Assembly: GCA_964581845.1 (NCBI GenBank)
Contig: CAZORO010000003.1
Location: 1 to 35,120 of the forward strand
From: an uncultured bacterium
GTDB taxonomy: Bacteria; Hinthialibacterota; Hinthialibacteria; OLB16
Length of the DNA: 35,120 nucleotides
Direction: 5' to 3'
Shown here: positions 1-7,047 of the stretch, in pieces
Layout: each line of letters begins with the position of its first letter
How positions within the stretch are numbered: position 1 is the stretch's first letter
Made by a program: the position numbers and the translations under genes
Notes under the pieces: model-generated
Database searches by the model: none
What the model saw: only the letters and a program-made list of their open reading frames with translations
What the model was told of the DNA's origin: nothing

Positions 1-504
1 GGGTTTGTCCCTACCCTTCTGATCCGCTTCTGATCCATGTAAGGCGGTTTCCTTTGCCTTCCCAGCCCGTCCACAGACCACCGTACCAGCCAGCATGATG
101 ACAACACCCAAAACAATGAGCCCGCCAGCCATGGTAAAGAATGCATCCATGCCTTTCATGCAGAGCGGGATGAGAACACCCAGTGTGGTATTCAAACCCA
201 TGATGGTCGCGAGCCCCAATCCCACGCCGAGATAATCCACACCCATCCCGAAGGTTATCGCACCCACTCCCCATGCGCACCCCACGAGGAAGGTTTTCAT
301 CACCGAACCCTCCGGGCTTGTGCTCAGGACTCCAAGCAGGTCGGGAACGGTCAGCCAGGCGGCGAGCCAGGGCAAGATAATCAACGCCCAGACAGACCAG
401 GCAGCCCAGATGTGTTCCCATTTCCATTCCCGTACTTTTTTCATTGGGACCGGAAAGGATCCATTGATGAGACCCGACAGGAGCGCGGCAAGAAACCATT
501 TCAT
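1..504 (-). CDS. rhaT: L-rhamnose/H+ symporter family (RhaT-like), N-terminal 168 codons; the gene runs off the left edge
   Basis: Not in the supplied track because it is open to the window edge. My translation of the reverse strand from ATG at 504 gives MKWFLAALLSGLINGSFPVPMKKVREWKWEHIWAAWSVWALIILPWLAAWL...LVGCAWGVGAITFGMGVDYLGVGLGLATIMG...CGRAGKAKE with no stop. This is co-linear with E. coli RhaT as I remember it ([50 protein letters not shown]). GAGGAA lies 7 nt upstream of the ATG. Track ORF 11..499 is a wrong frame of the same DNA. Confidence 0.85.
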   Translation of the reverse strand, partial: MKWFLAALLSGLINGSFPVPMKKVREWKWEHIWAAWSVWALIILPWLAAWLTVPDLLGVLSTSPEGSVMKTFLVGCAWGVGAITFGMGVDYLGVGLGLATIMGLNTTLGVLIPLCMKGMDAFFTMAGGLIVLGVVIMLAGTVVCGRAGKAKETALHGSEADQKGRDKP

Positions 505-534
505 GGGATCATTCCTCGTTTCATGTGGTTATGG

Positions 535-3500
535 TCACAACAACCAGGTAATCTCCAGCTGATCAACGTTGTGTATATCCTCAAACCAGACCCACCATGC
601 GGCATCCTTCTGATAGGTTCCCGAGGATACAGTGTTCTTCTTGATTCCCTCGGGGGCTTGAGCTTTTTCCCGGACCAGAAGCGCCTGATCCTTAGTGAAA
701 GGTCCGATGCGCACGGCGAGATTGGGGAGCATGAGGTCCGATTTGAGTTGGAAACCGCTGGCTTTCTTGTAGGAATATGAGAGACGCGCATTCTGGAAAC
801 CTTTCCCAGACGGAACCAGGGTAGTGCACTTCTTCACTTCGATTCCAGTAAGCGGTTCTGGCACGCGAGGCAAAATCCTCAGATTCGACGGGTTGGTGTC
901 ATCCACCCCCGCGCAGATCTCCAGCGCGTGCATGGGTGGTCCCTCATTAGCGCCGTTACTCAGGTCGCCGATCCGGTGCCAGCGCCCATCAGGGAGGATA
1001 TTCGTCCCCTCCGGGAAAATGTAAAGCCAGCGCCGCCAATCGATGTCACGCGAGGGATCGGCATAGTCCATGTTTTTGTCGTAGGCATACTTCCCCATGT
1101 TCCAGAGGAGCGGGCCAGCATCATCCATTTCATCCAACATCAGCGCGGCTTTGGTGAGCCACCCCTGGCCATACCCATAACCAAGAACCGGCGCATGTCC
1201 ATAGGGCTGGCTGAGTTGCCGCCGAAGCGTATTCCGTGTCACATTGGTCAAGTTTGGATCCCACTTGAGTGGGTCATAACCATCATAGTAAAAGGCGAAC
1301 CAGGCGTGAACGAGAGAATCCTGCAGACTTGGGTAGACCGAGTGAGGACTCACACGCCATACTGGCTTGTTGTGGTCTCCATCGCGAAGCAGACGCAACA
1401 TTCCTGCCTGAAGCCGGCTGGCATAGGCCCGCCAACGCTCCGCATCCTCTGTCTTGCCCATGGCATCAGCCATCTGAGCTGAGCAACGCAGCCCCACGCA
1501 ACAGACCCAAGTGGGATAAGGTTCATACATATTGGAGTTGGCGTAGTTGGCCCTGCGTTTCATGGGATCCAACTCGGTGGCCATCCCCTTGGGGATCAGG
1601 CACCAGGGGGAATCATCCGGGCCGCCCGCCCAACCGGTCGTCTCGCCCTCGGAGAACATCACATCCATGCCTGAAAAGTCCATATACCAGCGAATGAATT
1701 CTGCGGCATCGAAGGTGGACTGCCAGCGGCTCTTGCCGAACACCTTATCACGCGGATCGGTCATCCATCCATCCGTGGGCGCTCCGGAAAGACGCCATGA
1801 GAGCCACCGCGCCACTACGGTTGCCCCATGGCCGCAAGTCTCCTGGCCGCCCGGAACCGGGTCGATATCGCGGTTCATGCCTAGCGGGCCATTGATCACG
1901 AAAGACCAGTTCGGGTAGGCATCCGAGGGGTAACGGCTCAGGTCCAATCCTTCATTGGGCGGACCATTCTTGGGATCATGGTCATGGCGGTAGAAATAGA
2001 GCCAGTGATCGACATAGTCCACAAAGCTGTCACGGCGCTGCTGGTTATTCAAATGCCGCAAGGGGACAGTGGCGTAGTGATCAGTGCAGCGCGCAAAAGC
2101 GAGATCCTGGCCCCAATAAACTCCAACCGGCGCCCAGGTTCCAAAACCGTTATAACCTCCATACCAGGGGCCAATCTTGGGAACTGACTCCCAGAAAACA
2201 CCGGTCTGGGGGTCAAATTTCTCGTGGAACAATTGAAGGTTCGCGGTCCACATGTTGGTGAGCATTTCCCCTTCAACACCACCCCCCAGGAATTGAATCT
2301 GGGTGCCATCCAGCCATTCCGGGAAGGGCAGGAGGTCCAGATGCTCCGGAATATCCTTGTCACTCATGTATAGGGCATTCCCCAAGCGGTCCGCCTCCTC
2401 CTGGAGGGGTGGCAGAGAGGATAAATCCAATGCGGCCTTAAGGTCCTTCCTGTCGGCCAGCCAGCTGGAGAAGGATTTGAGATCCTTTTTATTATCGGGA
2501 TTCAATAAAGTGACTGCGGTAACAATGGGACGTCCCCGCAACGCTGGATCATCCTTCACGACCAAGGACTGGATTGTTTTAGCCCGCGGTTTAATTGGGA
2601 GGAAATAACGCGCCTCTGGCCGGCTGGCCTCCTCGCTCTCTTTAAGACGGAGGGTCTCACTCAGGAGCTTGCCCATTGCCGGGTTGGAGAAGAAAGGCTC
2701 TTGACAGCCTTTTTGAACAATGTGAGAAGGTCCTTCCACCCAGAAATTATAGAAGAAAGCCGTGGATCCCATGATTAATGGGATTTCATCCTTGGACCCA
2801 TCGGTATACACAATATCGAGCGTGCCGATTTGTCTCCCGATGTAGACCTGGTCATCACGATTTTCACGCAGTTCGGGATGCTCTCCCCAGTGAGCCACAC
2901 CGTTATCCCAGCCATGGTTAATCAACCCCAGGACGAAGAGTGTCTCACATTGGGAATTGACCGGGATTGTCTCCTGATGGCCCGCTCTCACCCGCGTGGT
3001 TTGTCCCGTACCCTCCGGCTTGCTGATCAGGAATGGGAGGCTCCGGCAACAGACAATCTCGTTGTTGGAATCGATGCTTAATCCAAACAGGTCCTCCGTC
3101 TTCACCGGATCCTCATAGGAGGGTGTGAATTGTCTGTAATCGCCGAAACCGATCCAGGCAAATCCTTCGGGACGGATCTTGGGATTACCATCCACCAACT
3201 CCAGGTTAACCTGACGCCCCATCAGGTCCGCGGTGTTCCAGTTCGCCGGACAGAGAAGATGCGTGCCGGGCGGACGCATTTCGCGCAAAACCTCTCCATC
3301 GGGATGGGACTTGAGGAGCAGGAAGGTCGAATGTCCATCGTTCGTTCCGGTCGCCGTTCCATCCGCGCCCGCAATGAAGAATCTCTGGAATGGGGCCTCA
3401 ATGGTGAAGACGGGCGAGGTGATCTTTCCCACCTTTTCCTCGCCTTTTCTCTGACTGTCGAGGAAAAGGGGACGGCTCTCGGCTCCACGTTGGTGGGTTT

Positions 3501-3657
3501 CAGGGGTTAGTCCCAGGGTCCAGATATCTTCTCCCTGGATGGTCCATTCCTTAAGCGAATCTTCGTGGAAAAAAACCAGATTGCCGGTCTGCTCCGATCC
3601 GGCGGTGGAAACGGTAAAAAACATGGCAAGCACTGAAAGCAGATGAATGTGAGTCAT
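535..3657 (-). CDS. secreted 1040-aa multidomain putative glycan-active enzyme, family unassigned
   Basis: Long track ORF. The N-terminus MTHIHLLSVLAMFFTVSTAGSEQ looks like a Sec signal peptide, and AAGGAA lies upstream of the ATG. Residues ~25-175 (nt 3133..3585) carry the ~150-aa beta-sandwich module shared with 7048..9399 and the C-terminus of 11090..15049 (EWTIQGEDIW, GKITSPVFTI, FFIAGADG, LELVDGNP, FAWIGFGDY). The rest is Trp/Tyr-rich with helix-pair-like segments (ETCGHGATVVARWLSW, GKTEDAERWRAYASRLQAGM). That suggests a hydrolase toroid, but I cannot place it by eye. Confidence 0.75.
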   Translation of the reverse strand: MTHIHLLSVLAMFFTVSTAGSEQTGNLVFFHEDSLKEWTIQGEDIWTLGLTPETHQRGAESRPLFLDSQRKGEEKVGKITSPVFTIEAPFQRFFIAGADGTATGTNDGHSTFLLLKSHPDGEVLREMRPPGTHLLCPANWNTADLMGRQVNLELVDGNPKIRPEGFAWIGFGDYRQFTPSYEDPVKTEDLFGLSIDSNNEIVCCRSLPFLISKPEGTGQTTRVRAGHQETIPVNSQCETLFVLGLINHGWDNGVAHWGEHPELRENRDDQVYIGRQIGTLDIVYTDGSKDEIPLIMGSTAFFYNFWVEGPSHIVQKGCQEPFFSNPAMGKLLSETLRLKESEEASRPEARYFLPIKPRAKTIQSLVVKDDPALRGRPIVTAVTLLNPDNKKDLKSFSSWLADRKDLKAALDLSSLPPLQEEADRLGNALYMSDKDIPEHLDLLPFPEWLDGTQIQFLGGGVEGEMLTNMWTANLQLFHEKFDPQTGVFWESVPKIGPWYGGYNGFGTWAPVGVYWGQDLAFARCTDHYATVPLRHLNNQQRRDSFVDYVDHWLYFYRHDHDPKNGPPNEGLDLSRYPSDAYPNWSFVINGPLGMNRDIDPVPGGQETCGHGATVVARWLSWRLSGAPTDGWMTDPRDKVFGKSRWQSTFDAAEFIRWYMDFSGMDVMFSEGETTGWAGGPDDSPWCLIPKGMATELDPMKRRANYANSNMYEPYPTWVCCVGLRCSAQMADAMGKTEDAERWRAYASRLQAGMLRLLRDGDHNKPVWRVSPHSVYPSLQDSLVHAWFAFYYDGYDPLKWDPNLTNVTRNTLRRQLSQPYGHAPVLGYGYGQGWLTKAALMLDEMDDAGPLLWNMGKYAYDKNMDYADPSRDIDWRRWLYIFPEGTNILPDGRWHRIGDLSNGANEGPPMHALEICAGVDDTNPSNLRILPRVPEPLTGIEVKKCTTLVPSGKGFQNARLSYSYKKASGFQLKSDLMLPNLAVRIGPFTKDQALLVREKAQAPEGIKKNTVSSGTYQKDAAWWVWFEDIHNVDQLEITWLL

Positions 3658-3690
3658 GGGATCCTGTTCCTTTCATTTAATCAACTGGAT

Positions 3691-4959
3691 TCAGTCAGCC
3701 GGAGCCTTCGGCATCTCCGGGTGGTTGGGACCGAAATGCTGCAAGATGACCATGGGTTCGCAAATACTTCTATTTGTGATGGTCACTCCATGGCGGGCGG
3801 CGGTCTCACTGACAAAGAACTCATCGGCGCTGGGTTGTCCATACCGCAACATAGTGGCGCTCTCCGCCAGGTGGGGGCCAAACTGGCCATAACCCTGGAC
3901 CAGGATGCAACCATAGGCCACCGGTCCTTGAATCGTGGCCGTGGCTCCCGGTTGAATGGTCACTTCCTGTGCGCCGATATAGTCATTTCCATAGACAATC
4001 CACTTGCTGGTGTGACGATCATCCTCGAGTGCGGTCAGGGGCGGCCTGAAGTAGTGTTTCTTGTAATGCGGGTCGGTATTCTTTTCCCAGTCAAGCAAGC
4101 TCAAGACATAGTCAATGTCCAGTTTCTTGTCCTCTGGGCAGTTCTCAACCAGGAAATCGTAGGGATAAACCTCATTGCCACAGACATTCTCATAGACCGA
4201 GTTCACATCCGAGTTCCATTGCGGCTCATAGGTGAGACAGGAACCGGGCGCATGCACCACCCCGGGTGGCGTGTACCAGCCAGTTCCCAGGTCAATCCGG
4301 TAAGCTCGTGAAAGGCTGGTGATCCGGTTATCGGTAAGGCGGAATTGCAACAACCGCTCGCGGACTTGATCACGTGTCACATCCGGGTCAAAACCGAAAT
4401 AGGTGTGAGGAAAACGGCCTTCATGGTTGTTCAGCTGGGGTGGGTAGTAATAAGCCTCGGGTTTTCCCAGCTGTCCAACCCGCGCCGCGGCCTCGAAACT
4501 CAGGTGGAGGTGATGGAATAGTGGTTCACCATAGTCAAAAAATTTCGAGTACATCGGCCAACCGCCATATTCTTTCATCAAGAACTCACCGACCAGTTCC
4601 GAGCCGAGCTCCTTAACCGCATCACGGAGGGTAAAGCGAGCCTGTTCTCCTCCCCGCGCTGGTTGAACATAACTAAGGCCCTCATCCTCCGGCGCGAGTG
4701 GCCCATTCATGCAACGGATGACCGAGGAGAACCACCTTTCCTTGATTGCTCCCCGTTCGGTCCCAAGTGCATAGTAATCATAGGGATGCAGACGCAATCT
4801 CCTCCCAGCGGTGCTAAACCTTCTGGGTACAAAAACGGGCATCAGACGCAGAATCTGTTGGCCTGCCTGGTATGTTTCACGAATTACTTGACTGACACTC
4901 ATATAGATTTCCCTTCTGGAGAACAGATCCGCCGCTCTCCGTTTTTTTTTGATCATCAT
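3691..4959 (-). CDS. cupin-fold sugar isomerase-like protein (type I phosphomannose isomerase-like), putative
   Basis: Track ORF of 422 aa. WPMYSKFFDYGEPLFHHLHLSFEAAARVGQLGKPEAYYY aligns by eye to the PMI class I core (FPLLVKFLDA..LSIQVHP...GKTEMWYI) with an H-x-H metal motif. A second cupin-like barrel lies near the C-terminus (IGAQEVTIQPGATATIQGPVAYGCILVQGYGQF). The likelier start is ATG at 4902 (MSVSQVIRETY), which is preceded by GAAGGGA. It sits 33 nt upstream of the next gene on the same strand. Confidence 0.6.
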   Translation of the reverse strand: MMIKKKRRAADLFSRREIYMSVSQVIRETYQAGQQILRLMPVFVPRRFSTAGRRLRLHPYDYYALGTERGAIKERWFSSVIRCMNGPLAPEDEGLSYVQPARGGEQARFTLRDAVKELGSELVGEFLMKEYGGWPMYSKFFDYGEPLFHHLHLSFEAAARVGQLGKPEAYYYPPQLNNHEGRFPHTYFGFDPDVTRDQVRERLLQFRLTDNRITSLSRAYRIDLGTGWYTPPGVVHAPGSCLTYEPQWNSDVNSVYENVCGNEVYPYDFLVENCPEDKKLDIDYVLSLLDWEKNTDPHYKKHYFRPPLTALEDDRHTSKWIVYGNDYIGAQEVTIQPGATATIQGPVAYGCILVQGYGQFGPHLAESATMLRYGQPSADEFFVSETAARHGVTITNRSICEPMVILQHFGPNHPEMPKAPAD

Positions 4960-5101
4960 GTTCGAGTGGGCGTTGGGTTATTCCAGGAATGAAGAAGAAG
5001 TCTTGACTGATGGGAGACCTTGATGATACGAATGGCCGGGAATTCCTCCCCCCAGTACCCAGACTCCCATCCGAGCGAATGGATCTCTGGATTGAGACTT
5101 G

Positions 5102-5131
5102 TGAATCCACGAAAACGTTCACGTAGGTTCA
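5102..5131. promoter_or_regulatory. 30-bp imperfect palindrome centred on CG; candidate LacI-family operator
   Basis: TGAATCCACGAAAACGTTCACGTAGGTTCA matches its reverse complement at 22 of 30 positions by my count, with the centre at 5116/5117. It lies in the divergent intergenic region between the minus-strand operon and the LacI gene. Its core AACGTTCA recurs at 28570..28577 in front of the second LacI-controlled locus. Confidence 0.4.
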
Positions 5132-5467
5132 TTCTAAGCCTCCTTAAAGACCGAATGGGCAAGACGGAAGGTGGCGGAGGATATCCCCTTACCCGAAAAT
5201 TGAAACTGTGCTATTCTTATTTTGTCAAACTTCATTTGTCAAGATAAAGAATCACACAAGCCCGGAGAAGGTCATAAAAGAGATTAGAAGAGACAATACA
5301 AGGTCTGACCAATCCGTTCTTTACAAGGTTCTCGCTGAATCTGGTTATAAAAGCATGGGAACGGGAATCCTGGGAAAAGGATCAATGTTTAGCAGATGGG
5401 AAACAACACCTCTATAGACCTCAAACGCAATCTTTCCTATGATAGGGGAAAGCTGGATCTGCAATCC

Positions 5468-6490
5468 ATGAAAAATAACCGGCCTGTCACCATTAAAGAA
5501 ATCGCCGAAGCGGGAGGTGTCTCACGAGCCACGGTCTCGGCGGTCCTCCATGGAAAAGAGTGGGTGAGTGAAGAAACCCGTCGAAGGGTCCAGACCGTCC
5601 TGCGTGAGAAAGGTTATCAGCAACACCTGATCGCCAACTCCCTCTCCGAGCATTTCTCAAGAGTCATTGGGGTCGTCATCGGTAATATCAAGAATCCCTT
5701 CAACACCGAGTTACTGGGTGGACTTCAGGACGATCTAGAGCAGGCTGGATACTTCATGATTCTGCATGCCACGGATGAAACCTACGAGAGTGAAATCAAG
5801 GCATTCAACGCACTAAGTTCTTATGAATTGGGCGGTTATGTGGTCGCTCCTGTTCAGGAGGGACGTCCTCACGATCATATCCGCCGATTGGTTGATGCGG
5901 GGAAGTTGTTGATCTCCATCGGAGAATTGGCCGACATTGAGACTCACCAGGTGGATTTCGACGACCAGATTGGGAACAGGCTCGCCATGGACTATTTGAT
6001 CGAGCGGGGTCATCAACGGATTGGGTGTCTGGCAGGCGCGGAAACCTCGACCTTCGCCAAGCGGCGGATACTGGGGTATGTCGAAAGCCTGATGAACCAT
6101 GGCATACCGGTGGAGAGTTCTTTGCTCATCCGTGCAGGTGACACACTGGCGGGTGGTTTCCAGGCGGCGAAAGAGCTTCTGACACGCTGTCAACCACGTC
6201 CCACTGCAATTGTCTGTTTCAATGACCTGATCGCAATTGGGGCCTATCAAGCCGCGAAGGAGCTGGGAATCTCGATACCACGCGATTTGAGCGTGGTGGG
6301 CTTTGACGATTGTGAAATGGCGGCGGTGATGGGACCACCCCTGACGACGGTCGCAACCTGCCCCGCCGACCTGGGAAGACAGATCGCCGAAATCATCCTT
6401 TCCGTCCATCAAAGCCCTAATTTCAATGGGTTTTTGCATCGCCGTACCCATCCACGGTTGATAGAACGCGAATCAGTCCGCACCCTTTGA
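5468..6490 (+). CDS. LacI-family transcriptional regulator
   Basis: N-terminal helix-turn-helix VTIKEIAEAGGVSRATVSAVLHG, followed by a periplasmic-binding-protein-like sugar sensor body (VVIGNIKNPF, GYFMILHATDE, IVCFNDLIAIGAYQA, LSVVGFDD). The track ORF begins at 5396. ATG 5468 (MKNNRPVTIKEIA) gives the usual short N-terminus. Confidence 0.9.
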   Translation: MKNNRPVTIKEIAEAGGVSRATVSAVLHGKEWVSEETRRRVQTVLREKGYQQHLIANSLSEHFSRVIGVVIGNIKNPFNTELLGGLQDDLEQAGYFMILHATDETYESEIKAFNALSSYELGGYVVAPVQEGRPHDHIRRLVDAGKLLISIGELADIETHQVDFDDQIGNRLAMDYLIERGHQRIGCLAGAETSTFAKRRILGYVESLMNHGIPVESSLLIRAGDTLAGGFQAAKELLTRCQPRPTAIVCFNDLIAIGAYQAAKELGISIPRDLSVVGFDDCEMAAVMGPPLTTVATCPADLGRQIAEIILSVHQSPNFNGFLHRRTHPRLIERESVRTL

Positions 6491-6663
6491 TCCCTTTCCC
6501 GTTTCCTTAGTGAATCTGGTCCCTTGCCAGGGAGAAACAGGGTCTGGAGAGGATTCTCAAAGTGTAGAGAGCCTCTCACCATCATGACAGGAATGGGAGC
6601 CAGCTCTTTTCCCCCTATCTACCCCAGAAATCTTCCTGATGAGCCAATGAGAATCACCCCTTT

Positions 6664-6685
6664 GCTTCGGTCGAAGCTTTTTTTT
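6664..6685 (+). terminator. short hairpin plus T8 tract; candidate intrinsic terminator downstream of the LacI gene
   Basis: GCTTCGGTCGAAGC (5-6 bp stem) is followed directly by TTTTTTTT at 6678..6685. The stem is weak and the T-tract is strong. Confidence 0.4.
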
Positions 6686-6704
6686 AATGATCTCAATTTT
6701 ATAC

Positions 6705-6733
6705 TTGACAACTTCTTTTGTACAGTTTAATAA
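6705..6733 (+). promoter_or_regulatory. near-consensus sigma70-type promoter (TTGACA-N17-TAATAA) facing the 7048 operon
   Basis: TTGACA at 6705..6710, a 17-nt spacer, then TAATAA(T) at 6728..6733. A CG-centred partial palindrome AGTGATCGTGCACT at 6742..6755 sits just downstream. This assumes E. coli-like promoter rules, which may not hold for this taxon. Confidence 0.4.
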
Positions 6734-7047
6734 TTTCCAATAGTGATCGTGCACTTACGGATGCTGGCCAACCCGACTGGGGATTCGTAGATCTTTATGC
6801 ATGAATCATGTGGGTGGGTTGTCAGATGATGATCTTGTCCTCTCGAAGAGGACTTCAAAAACTCAGTGGGCAAAGGAGGGAGTCGAAGAAGCGCGTGGAC
6901 CTCGAAAGTGGATAGGACTCCACGCTCAGTGTGATAAGCTGGAAGGAGGGAAGGAGGAGCCTAAGTGCAAAAGGTATCCCCCCCTTATGTTTGGAAGCTT
7001 TTAACTCCACACACAATCAGTAAAAACATGATCAGGAGGAGAAAGGA

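Noticed and set aside
11-499. Track ORF of 162 aa on the minus strand
   Set aside because: The sequence is Cys/Gly/Arg/His-rich and unlike a protein. The neighbouring frame of the same DNA gives a clean RhaT-family membrane protein with an RBS, so this is a shadow frame.
3643-4311. Long antisense ORFs inside well-supported genes (also 5813..6451, 8242..8913, 11855..12610, 12018..12626, 23976..24485 and 26394..26873)
   Set aside because: All lie within or opposite much longer ORFs that carry recognisable domains. They lack RBS-like sequences and have skewed composition, so they are typical shadow ORFs of moderately GC-rich coding DNA.
5200-5243. Two minus-strand TTGACA boxes (direct repeat ATTTGTCAA on the plus strand) as a promoter for the isomerase operon
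   Set aside because: The best -10 candidates at 17-18 nt spacing (TAAGAA/AAGAAT, TTTCAA) match the consensus poorly. Promoter rules for this taxon are also unknown.
6801-7004. 67-aa and 68-aa track ORFs in the leader upstream of 7048 (also 6524..6730)
   Set aside because: They have no RBS and highly charged or low-complexity sequences, and they lie between a terminator-like and promoter-like element and the real gene.
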